The notes under the pieces were generated by a model, which was not told the DNA's origin, ran no database searches, and worked only from the letters and a program-made list of their open reading frames with translations. Positions 19,637 to 27,667 of a stretch of DNA of 64,000 bases are shown piece after piece (the stretch's first letter is position 1; the number at the start of each line of letters is the position of its first letter). The stretch is taken from positions 1 through 64,000 of the forward strand of contig JAZQAZ010000015.1 in the NCBI GenBank assembly GCA_045545475.1, written 5' to 3'. Both the position numbers and the translations under genes were made by a program. The DNA is from Clostridia bacterium (GTDB taxonomy: Bacteria > Bacillota > Clostridia > CAKSNL01 > HGM11501).

Positions 19637-19761
19637 TAAAAAAACTTTTCCAAAATTTCCATATGAAAACTTTTTTGAAAATATGTCATAGTGAAGGAAA
19701 AATGAGAAAAAGTTTTTGTGTATTTTTTATACAAATTTGTGAATAATTAAACATACTATCA

Positions 19762-19795
19762 AAAAAACCGTACTGCAAACGCAGTACGGTTTTTT
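19762..19795 (-). terminator. Intrinsic terminator after the potD-like gene
   Basis: AAAAAACCGTACTGC-aaac-GCAGTACGGTTTTTT. Confidence 0.85.
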
Positions 19796-19796
19796 A

Positions 19797-20855
19797 TTAT
19801 GATGCCAATATTTTAGTCCAAGCATCTGACCAGAGCTTTTCAGCTTCTTCCGGAAGATATAAGAAAATCTCGCAGCGATCAAGCTCCTCTTCCGTAGGAT
19901 AATAATTTGTATTTTGTGCAATCTCGGCAGGAAGACTTTTCACCGCCTCGGTGTTGGGTGATGTATAGCCTGTTTCCTGGGCATTACGAAGTGCAATGTC
20001 GGGACGAAGCATAAAGTTTACAAACTTTTCAGCCAGTTCTTTATGTTCACTCTTTTCAAGAATAACCATTGTATCTATGGCAAGGTTACTTCCCTCCGTG
20101 GGAACGGCTGTCATTTTAAGCATTCCGTCGCTTTCTGCCACAGCCTTGTTTCCTTCACCCGAGAAGACAAGAGCAAGAGCCGCCTCGCCGTTTAACATCT
20201 TATCTCTTACTTCATCGCCTACATACGCAAGAACGTTATCTTTCTGCTCTATAAGAAGTGCTTTTGCTTCTTCAATTTCAGCAGCATTATTTGTATTCAT
20301 GGAATATCCGAGATATTTAAGTGTCATACCAAGTGTGTCTCTCATGCCGTTTAACATAAGCACATTACCCTCATACTTTTCGTCAAAAAGTATTCCTATG
20401 CTTGTAACGTCTTCATTAACCATTTCGGTATTGTAGAGTATCCCCAGAGTGTTCATCATATAGGGCACGGAATATTTGTTTTCAGGATCGTATGAAAGTC
20501 CTTTATATGCCTCGTTTATGTAGGAAGCATTTGGAATATTTTCATAATTAAGCTCATGAAGCATGCCAAGCTCTATCATTTTGGAAACGGTGTATTCCGA
20601 AGGGAACACCACGTCATAACTGGAAGAGCCTGAATTCTGAACCTTAGCCATCATTGCCTCGTTACTGTCGAAGGTCTCATATATTACTCGGCAGTTATAT
20701 TCTTTCTCGAAATCCTCAATAACGCCGTCTGCGATATACTCGCCCCAGTTAAATACCTTCAATGTCTCTTTCTTCTCCCCACCGCATCCTGCAAGGAGTA
20801 AGGATGCCATAGCGACAACAAGTGCCAATGCCAAAATTTTTTTCACCTTTACCAA
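19797..20855 (-). CDS. potD: Spermidine/putrescine-binding lipoprotein (PotD family), no potABC adjacent
   Basis: Lipobox LLAGC, LKVFNWGEYI, FDSNEAM, YDVVFPSEY, YDPENKYSVPY, PTEGS. Confidence 0.85.
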   Translation of the reverse strand: MVKVKKILALALVVAMASLLLAGCGGEKKETLKVFNWGEYIADGVIEDFEKEYNCRVIYETFDSNEAMMAKVQNSGSSSYDVVFPSEYTVSKMIELGMLHELNYENIPNASYINEAYKGLSYDPENKYSVPYMMNTLGILYNTEMVNEDVTSIGILFDEKYEGNVLMLNGMRDTLGMTLKYLGYSMNTNNAAEIEEAKALLIEQKDNVLAYVGDEVRDKMLNGEAALALVFSGEGNKAVAESDGMLKMTAVPTEGSNLAIDTMVILEKSEHKELAEKFVNFMLRPDIALRNAQETGYTSPNTEAVKSLPAEIAQNTNYYPTEEELDRCEIFLYLPEEAEKLWSDAWTKILAS

Positions 20856-20890
20856 TCTTTCCTTTCGTTTCTTAAATTATATAAACACCC

Positions 20891-21604
20891 TCAGCCCATT
20901 TCGCCGAGCATGCTCATTACTATTGCAATAACCGTACTTCCTGCAGTTTCCGTACGAAGTATTCTTTTGCCCAGTGTAATTATTCTTGCACCCTTTTCGC
21001 TTCCGAGTTCTACTTCAGATGGATCAAATCCGCCCTCGGGACCGATTATTATACCGACGGCTTTAACGTCCTTAGGTATATCCCGAAGAGAGCCGTCCTT
21101 AGCTTCCTCATATGGGAAAAGCGCCAGCTCCTTTTCGGTAAGTGAATCTATTGCTTCCTTAAAACTTACTGAAGGGTGTACTTTTGGTATAATCCCTCTT
21201 CCACATTGCTTTGCCGCCTCATATGCAATTTTCTGCCAGCGGTCGCTTTTTTCTCCCTTGGCAACGCATCTTTTTGAAAGCACGGGGTAAATTTCATAAG
21301 CTCCAAGCTCAACAGCCTTTTGAATTATAGAATCCATTTTGCCGGATTTCGGAATGCACTGATAAAGCGTCACTTTCGTTTCGGGTTCGGCTACGCATTT
21401 TTCTTTATCGTTTATTTTTAATAAAACATCTTCCTTTGTGATTTTTTCAATCTCACAAAAATAATCGATGCCTTCCTTGTCGCAGACGGTTAATTCGTCT
21501 CCCACCTGCATACGGAGCACTCTTGATATATGACTTACATCGTCCCCGGTGACAGTTATATTATCACTTAAAACCTGACTTTTGTCAACAAAAAATTTAG
21601 GCAT
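20891..21604 (-). CDS. rsmE: 16S rRNA m3U1498 methyltransferase
   Basis: HISRVLRM, KAVELG, EAAKQCGR, IGPEGGF, LGKRILRTETA. Confidence 0.96.
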   Translation of the reverse strand: MPKFFVDKSQVLSDNITVTGDDVSHISRVLRMQVGDELTVCDKEGIDYFCEIEKITKEDVLLKINDKEKCVAEPETKVTLYQCIPKSGKMDSIIQKAVELGAYEIYPVLSKRCVAKGEKSDRWQKIAYEAAKQCGRGIIPKVHPSVSFKEAIDSLTEKELALFPYEEAKDGSLRDIPKDVKAVGIIIGPEGGFDPSEVELGSEKGARIITLGKRILRTETAGSTVIAIVMSMLGEMG

Positions 21605-22300
21605 TTATTTCACCTTATTTCCTTCCGCTTCACTTAGCAGAGTTTTTTTAAGCTTTGCATAGCTTTTAAGCTCTTTTCTGCATTTATCCGTTATGTTATA
21701 GGTTTTACCGTCCTTTATAAACCAGCCGTAGTAATTGCTTTCAATTATGGACTTTGCCTTGGGATTTCCCGATAAATACGGAATATCAGCGATTTTTATT
21801 TCGCCGTATTTCTCAGAAAGTGCCGCAATTAAAATGGCTCGCTCGCGGTAAACCGTCATCGTCTTTCCGTTGGTGCCTCCCACGTTTTCATCCCCGTGGC
21901 GAAGGGTAAATTCATCCATCATTTTTTCCCTGGTCTTTTTCGCCCGTGTTATCGCTCCCTTTATGTCAAACTTCTTTGCTTCAAAGGAAATTTTTGCCTC
22001 ATCCTCCCTTACGGTGATAAGGCCTATTTCAAGCCGACGCAATACATGAGATATGTTCTGTCTTTTCTTTAAGGATGCCCTTTTTGCAGGAGGTACGGCA
22101 ATATATACCTTATCTGCCACCTTTTGCCTGAGTGCCGCCTGAACGATTACGTCAAGATTTAAGGAAAGCTTAAGCTCAATTGCAACGGTTTCCCCGTCCT
22201 TTACCGCAAGGACATCGGCATCAAGCACTTCCGCCTTCACGGAGTATCCCATATTTTCAAAAAGAGTTTTTACCGGCATGTATAAATCTGTTTCCGGCAT
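21605..22300 (-). CDS. DUF2161-family putative PD-(D/E)XK nuclease-like protein
   Basis: ETDLYMPVK, VKAEV.DADV, IELKLSLNL, MTVYRERA, NYYGWF; stop abuts the rsmE start. Confidence 0.75.
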   Translation of the reverse strand: MPETDLYMPVKTLFENMGYSVKAEVLDADVLAVKDGETVAIELKLSLNLDVIVQAALRQKVADKVYIAVPPAKRASLKKRQNISHVLRRLEIGLITVREDEAKISFEAKKFDIKGAITRAKKTREKMMDEFTLRHGDENVGGTNGKTMTVYRERAILIAALSEKYGEIKIADIPYLSGNPKAKSIIESNYYGWFIKDGKTYNITDKCRKELKSYAKLKKTLLSEAEGNKVK

Positions 22301-22318
22301 TTTTATAACTCCTTTCCG

Positions 22319-22366
22319 TTGACTTAATATAAAATATAGTGTATAATATTTCCGAGGTGTTGTCAA
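22319..22366. promoter_or_regulatory. Overlapping face-to-face sigma-A promoters for exoA (+) and DUF2161-rsmE (-)
   Basis: + strand TTGACT(22319)-17-TATAAT(22342); - strand TTGACA(22366-22361)-17-TACACT(22343-22338). Confidence 0.7.
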
Positions 22367-23115
22367 TGAAAAAATTTATTTCGTGGAATGTAAACGGTCT
22401 TCGTGCCGTATATCAGAAAGGCTTTGCCGATATCTTTTCAAATCTTAATGCGGATATTTTTTGTCTGCAGGAAACGAAGATGCAAGAAGGTCAGCTGGAT
22501 GTTGACTTTCCCGGCTACCATAAATACTTTAACTATGCAGAGAAAAAGGGTTATTCAGGCACTGCGGTTTTCTCAAAAGAAGAGCCACTGGCCGTAACCT
22601 ACGGTCTTGGAATTCCCGAGCACGATACCGAGGGCAGAGTGATAACATTAGAATTCCCCAAGTTCTATTTCGTATGTTGCTACACTCCCAATTCACAGGA
22701 CGGATTGAAGCGTCTTTCCTACCGTATGGAATGGGAGGATGCAATGCGTGTATACCTTTCTTCATTAAAGGAGAAAAAGCATGTCGTTTACACCGGGGAC
22801 TTAAATGTTGCCCATGAGGAAATTGACCTTAAAAATCCCAAAACCAACACGAAAAACCCGGGCTTTACAATAGAAGAGCGTGAAAAGTTTACAGAGCTTT
22901 TATCATCCGGCTTTCACGATACTTTCCGCTCTCTTTATCCCGACACTGTGACCTACTCCTGGTGGAGTTATCGTTTCAGTGCCAGAGAGAAGAACGCAGG
23001 GTGGAGAATTGACTATTTTATAACCGACACAATGGATTTTGTTATAGACAGCAAAATTCACACGGAGATTTACGGCTCCGACCATTGCCCGGTAGAATTA
23101 CTTGCCGATTTATGA
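22366..23115 (+). CDS. exoA: Exodeoxyribonuclease III / AP endonuclease
   Basis: SWNVNGLRA, LQETK, GYSGTA, GDLNVAH, YSWWSYR, GWRIDYF, SDHCP. Confidence 0.96.
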   Translation: MKKFISWNVNGLRAVYQKGFADIFSNLNADIFCLQETKMQEGQLDVDFPGYHKYFNYAEKKGYSGTAVFSKEEPLAVTYGLGIPEHDTEGRVITLEFPKFYFVCCYTPNSQDGLKRLSYRMEWEDAMRVYLSSLKEKKHVVYTGDLNVAHEEIDLKNPKTNTKNPGFTIEEREKFTELLSSGFHDTFRSLYPDTVTYSWWSYRFSAREKNAGWRIDYFITDTMDFVIDSKIHTEIYGSDHCPVELLADL

Positions 23116-23117
23116 TA

Positions 23118-23146
23118 AAAACGGAACTGCAATGCAGTTCCGTTTT
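23118..23146. terminator. Bidirectional terminator
   Basis: AAAACGGAACTGC-aat-GCAGTTCCGTTTT between convergent genes. Confidence 0.85.
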
Positions 23147-23151
23147 CTTAT

Positions 23152-23565
23152 TTATAAAACCATTAATAGTGTGCCGATACCTATAAGAATGCACCCTGCC
23201 ACGGATTTTACCGTCATTTTTTCATGGAGAAACAAAAATGCAAGGATGAGTGTAATCACTACGCTCATTTTATCAATGGGAACAACCTTGCTTGCCTCGC
23301 CTATTTGAAGTGCCTTGTAATAGCAAAGCCAGGACGCACCTGTCGCAAGGCCTGAAAGAATTAAAAACACCCAGCTTTTTGTACTGATTCCGGCAAGTCC
23401 CTTCTGGGCATCTGTCAGAAATACCATTCCCCACGCCATTATGAGGACAACCAAAGTTCTTATTGCCGTTGCAAGATTTGAGTTTACCCCGTCAATTCCC
23501 ACCTTGGCAAGAATTGATGTAAGTGCCGCAAAAACGGCGGATAAAAGTGCTAAAACAAACCACAT
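23152..23565 (-). CDS. EamA/DMT family small transporter
   Basis: ALLSAVFAALTSILAKVG, SNLATAIRT, SWLCYYKALQ, VVPIDK. Confidence 0.88.
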   Translation of the reverse strand: MWFVLALLSAVFAALTSILAKVGIDGVNSNLATAIRTLVVLIMAWGMVFLTDAQKGLAGISTKSWVFLILSGLATGASWLCYYKALQIGEASKVVPIDKMSVVITLILAFLFLHEKMTVKSVAGCILIGIGTLLMVL

Positions 23566-23586
23566 ACGCTTATTTCCTCCCCTTTA

Positions 23587-24279
23587 TTAAAAGAAAAGCT
23601 TTCTTTCCATAGTTTCTCTCGCAGATTTATTTATTGCAAGATATAAAAGAAGTCCTCCAAGCATTATAAGTGCTGAAAGAGGATAAATTGACCAGCCCAA
23701 AAACTTTATATCAAAAGTAATTGTCAGGAAAAACTCCGTCAGCATGATAAATCCTCCGGTCAGCATAAATGCCCCGCCAAAGATATATAACTTTCCTTTT
23801 TTCAGATAATAAAGAAGCGTTACAACCGCAGTTACAATAAGGCCGAATCCTCCTGCCACAGGAAAGGCAAAGCTTAAAAACCATTCCCCGCCCGTCACGC
23901 AGTTTATATATAAAAGATAGCCTATAGCCTCCGCAAATACGCAGGGAGTAAATATAACCGGATTTGGTTTTTCAAACCACAAAGGAAGGGCAAATGCAGT
24001 ATAACCCATCAGAATAGCTCCCAATACATATCCGAACCAGTCAATTTTTCCGTCCAGGCAAAAATCTGCCAGGAAAGACACCACCACCGGAATGAGGAAC
24101 ATTATGATGACCGCTCCATTGAAGGCCTTGGAGCGATGTTTTATTTCAGGTACTCTGTTCTTTGGAAAAAGTCCTGCTTCCTTTTCCGGTATAAAATCCG
24201 GATGGCAAACAACCGTGCCGCACAAAGGGCACTTTTCTTCACTTTTTTCAAGCTTTACGCCACAATTTATACAATACAT
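23587..24279 (-). CDS. Zinc-ribbon + multi-TM membrane protein (DUF6320-like)
   Basis: MYCINCG...CPLCGT followed by several hydrophobic helices. Confidence 0.7.
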   Translation of the reverse strand: MYCINCGVKLEKSEEKCPLCGTVVCHPDFIPEKEAGLFPKNRVPEIKHRSKAFNGAVIIMFLIPVVVSFLADFCLDGKIDWFGYVLGAILMGYTAFALPLWFEKPNPVIFTPCVFAEAIGYLLYINCVTGGEWFLSFAFPVAGGFGLIVTAVVTLLYYLKKGKLYIFGGAFMLTGGFIMLTEFFLTITFDIKFLGWSIYPLSALIMLGGLLLYLAINKSARETMERKLFF

Positions 24280-24286
24280 TTTAATC

Positions 24287-25576
24287 TCACTTTCTGTTGC
24301 TCTCTAAAACCGCTTCTATTCCGAGTTCCTTTAATACCTTGTAAAAATGTTTTTCAAGGTTATTCTCGCATATATTTCTTATGAAGTTGACATACACCGT
24401 ATCCCCAAAGGATAAAACCCCGCAGTTATACGGAGTCGCCGCCTGAACACCCAAAATAAAATCCATGCGGGTTATATATTTTTTCATAATATCGGGCATT
24501 TTTACAAGGCCTAAATTAGAAAGATTAAGGCAGGATGTCACTTCTCCCACACTGTCATACACTGCTTTCATAACCGCATTTTTTATCGGAAGAGGCACCA
24601 GCCTTAAAAAGAGATTTTTCTCATCCTTTACATTTGCCGCAATAACAGCACCCATATGCTTTCTTGTAACCTCGGTTCCCATTTTATGATAAATTACTTT
24701 CACAATTTCATCTATCGTATATTCTCCCTGTCTCGGATCAATTTCCGGAATTGTGAACATTGCAAAATTTCTTAAAGTTTTACTTTCAAATAAGCTTCTT
24801 AAATTAACAGGAATCAAAAGTTTTACCGGTTTTTGCTTCTTCACGTCAGGATTTTTTTCAAGCTGCATGTTGGCCAAGGCCTTCATCAAAACCGCACTTA
24901 AAAAAATTGTAGCGGTGGTATTATATTCGTGTGCCTTCTCCAAAACCTTACCTACCGGAAGCTTAAAGCATGTAAGATTAAGATAACCGCCTGTTTCAGC
25001 CTCGCCGCTTATTTGCCATGCCGCTTTTTCACCTCTGGAAAGCGGTGCATTTCCCGCATATTTCGGAAAACAATCTTCTGTCTCCTCAGGCGGCGGTGCT
25101 GCTTTTCTGTCAACAATTCCGTCTTCTAACGGAATTTCTATTTTGTATTTTTGCTCCAGGTACTCTGCCACGAGATTTTTCAGAAACACAAGTGCTCCCG
25201 TACCGTCGGTTAAGGAATGGAAATATTCCACCGCAATTCTGTTTTTGTATACAATCACGCGGAAAGCACACTTACGCATTTCCTTTTTACTCATAAAGGT
25301 CAAAGGGAAGCTAAATTCATCCATAATTTCAGGCGGTTCACTTAGCTCCTGAAGGTAGTACCAGAAGGCACCTTTTCTCAGTCTTGCACAAATTGTGGGG
25401 AATCTTTTTACAATTACTTTAATGGCCGATGAAAGCACTTCTTTATCAATTTCCTCTGTAAGCGTTGCCGACTGGCGGTAAACATTACTCCAGTTTTTTC
25501 TTCTTACCGCAGGGTAAATTTTTGCCGCATTGTCAAGCTTTACCCAGCCAAGAGCTTTCTTTTTTGTATTTTCCAT
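24287..25576 (-). CDS. Alcohol acetyltransferase / condensation-fold acyltransferase
   Basis: LDNAAKIYP, FHSLTDGTG (HxxxDG), IPVNLR...TLRNF, LSNLG. Confidence 0.75.
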   Translation of the reverse strand: MENTKKKALGWVKLDNAAKIYPAVRRKNWSNVYRQSATLTEEIDKEVLSSAIKVIVKRFPTICARLRKGAFWYYLQELSEPPEIMDEFSFPLTFMSKKEMRKCAFRVIVYKNRIAVEYFHSLTDGTGALVFLKNLVAEYLEQKYKIEIPLEDGIVDRKAAPPPEETEDCFPKYAGNAPLSRGEKAAWQISGEAETGGYLNLTCFKLPVGKVLEKAHEYNTTATIFLSAVLMKALANMQLEKNPDVKKQKPVKLLIPVNLRSLFESKTLRNFAMFTIPEIDPRQGEYTIDEIVKVIYHKMGTEVTRKHMGAVIAANVKDEKNLFLRLVPLPIKNAVMKAVYDSVGEVTSCLNLSNLGLVKMPDIMKKYITRMDFILGVQAATPYNCGVLSFGDTVYVNFIRNICENNLEKHFYKVLKELGIEAVLESNRK

Positions 25577-25630
25577 GCCTTCACCTCCGTTTTTCTGATT
25601 AAATATATTTAATAATATCATAAAAGTGTA

Positions 25631-25660
25631 AAAACCGCAAGACTTTTGTCTTGCGGTTTT
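25631..25660 (-). terminator. Terminator ending module 1
   Basis: AAAACCGCAAGAC-tttt-GTCTTGCGGTTTT. Confidence 0.85.
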
Positions 25661-25664
25661 AAGA

Positions 25665-27650
25665 TTATTTAGTTATCGTAATTTCTCTTGTTTCGCCGTT
25701 CCACTCTACGGTATAGCCAAGCTGCTCAGATACGAAACGAAGCGGAATAAATGTTCTTGAATCGCGGATTTTCGGTGCAACCGTCAAGGTGTATCTCACT
25801 TCGCCGTATAGAGAATCGTCAACATAAACCAAAGGATCCTGAATCCTCATTCTGATATCACCGTTTTCGGTCGAAAGAGTAATTCTTTCTTCTTCACCGT
25901 TCCAGGAAACACTTGCACCCATTTCCTCAAGTAACCCTCTTAAAGGAATCAAAGTTGTTCCGCTGCTGCCGTAAATAAAAGGTGCCACATCCAAAACTTT
26001 TTCGTAGCTTTCCGTGCCCTTTTCAACCTTTATGGTTTTATCGTCAATCTTAAGGACATATTTTTCCCTTGATGCTTCCTCTGCCGCAACTTTATCCTGA
26101 TAGGTGTAGAAGAAATTAAGTTCAGCGCAGGCCATCTTTTTATAGTTACCTGTCAATATTTCAAAATCCCAATATCTTGCAATCACGGTTTCGGGAAGTT
26201 CGAAAAATCTGGTGTCAAGAGAAGCGTCCTTTTCTGCCACCGTACTCTTTTCATAGTAAACCATTTGCATATTTTCTCTGTCATTACCTGCGTAAACTGC
26301 GAATTCTCTCCATATACCGTGCTTATCCGGAGTCTGTCTCGGCATATAGGAAAATGCGCATACCGGCTGAGGAGATCCCATATCAATGAAAAGTGTTGCA
26401 GGAGCAACGTGGTCTGATGCCGCCTGCCAGAAGGAGTTTGTACCGCCGTCAAAAATCATTATCGGCTCGTGACCTGCCCATACTTCGCAGTCATCGGTTA
26501 CGCTGAACTTACTTCTGTCAAGGGTGTAGAGTTTGTTTTCTTCTTCAAACTTTTTATATTCCGAAAGACTCTTTTCGGGAAGCTCGTCATTCATGGGTAG
26601 AAAGTCAATTTCCGCCGCTGTACCAACCGAGCCGTCAACCTCGGTTATTATAAGCTTAAGCCTTTTTACCTTAAGGTTTGCAACGAAGTTGTTGGTCTTA
26701 AAGGTGTTATCTCCGTTCATTTTAAGGTCGGTAAGGTGAATAAAATCGTCATCGTCTCCTGTAGTTCCGTAAACGGACATTGCGGTTATGTGACCGCCAC
26801 CCGATTTTCTCGGCTGATAGGTAAGACCTGAAATTGTTACAACCTCGGGGAATTTAACATTGAATTCATACGGAGGAGACTCCTTCCAGGTTACAGCGCC
26901 GTTTTCTGCGGTATACTTTGAATGCCAGAAGGAATCAGCTGAACCATCAAATGCCGCCTTTGCATTATTTCCGGATGCCACGAAGCTTGAAACCGAAACC
27001 TCCCACTTGCTTTTATCTTTAAGTGCTCCGAGGCGCTTGTTGAGTGCTTCCTCTGCACCGCCCTTTTCTTCGCCTGTCCGGGTGTTATAGGTTTTATTTA
27101 CAAGAGGCTCTGCCAAAGCAGAAATTGTTGTCGCATTTCCTTTAGCAGCAAAAAGGTCAAACTCCGCCATTGTGCCGTACCCCGACACGCCCATAACATA
27201 TTTAAGGACAATTTTCTTAGCCTTTATATCTCCGCCGAAGAAAACATCCTTCGGTCTTGCATCCGCTTCAAACTTTCCCTTACTTACCATTGTAACAATA
27301 TCAGAATCCGTTTCGGAAACGTAAAGCTCATAGTCCGTAAGCTCACCGGAGCCACGTTCGGGACGGGGTGTATAGCGCCATCCGGAAATATCGGTTGCAT
27401 CGGGAAGCACTATCGTTACATAGAAAGGCGGATAATCATGACCAACAATATTTCCGTCCTCTACGGTATAATCCGAGTGCCAGAAGGTATTGATATTTCC
27501 GTCAAGGATATTTTCAGGCTTTGTCTTATTGGAATTTGCCGAAACCGACCAGAATTCCTTTCCGGAAACAAGCTCATCCCCGGCAAAAACTGCCACGCTT
27601 AAGGAGAGCATCATAAGAAAAGTGAGTAATAAAGATATTAATTTTTTCAT
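25665..27650 (-). CDS. Secreted protein: 3 discoidin (F5/8C, CBM32-like) domains + C-terminal copper amine oxidase N-terminal (stalk) domain
   Basis: Signal peptide MKKLISLLL..AVFA; three DG...W[HQ]...Y.PR...AE units; tail APFI..TLIPLRGLLEEMGA...RTFIPLRFVSEQLGY. Confidence 0.85.
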   Translation of the reverse strand: MKKLISLLLTFLMMLSLSVAVFAGDELVSGKEFWSVSANSNKTKPENILDGNINTFWHSDYTVEDGNIVGHDYPPFYVTIVLPDATDISGWRYTPRPERGSGELTDYELYVSETDSDIVTMVSKGKFEADARPKDVFFGGDIKAKKIVLKYVMGVSGYGTMAEFDLFAAKGNATTISALAEPLVNKTYNTRTGEEKGGAEEALNKRLGALKDKSKWEVSVSSFVASGNNAKAAFDGSADSFWHSKYTAENGAVTWKESPPYEFNVKFPEVVTISGLTYQPRKSGGGHITAMSVYGTTGDDDDFIHLTDLKMNGDNTFKTNNFVANLKVKRLKLIITEVDGSVGTAAEIDFLPMNDELPEKSLSEYKKFEEENKLYTLDRSKFSVTDDCEVWAGHEPIMIFDGGTNSFWQAASDHVAPATLFIDMGSPQPVCAFSYMPRQTPDKHGIWREFAVYAGNDRENMQMVYYEKSTVAEKDASLDTRFFELPETVIARYWDFEILTGNYKKMACAELNFFYTYQDKVAAEEASREKYVLKIDDKTIKVEKGTESYEKVLDVAPFIYGSSGTTLIPLRGLLEEMGASVSWNGEEERITLSTENGDIRMRIQDPLVYVDDSLYGEVRYTLTVAPKIRDSRTFIPLRFVSEQLGYTVEWNGETREITITK

Positions 27651-27667
27651 AAAAGCATCTCCTTTCA

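Noticed and set aside
25665-27650. Copper amine oxidase enzymes
   Set aside because: Only the non-catalytic N-terminal stalk domain is present; there is no TPQ catalytic domain.
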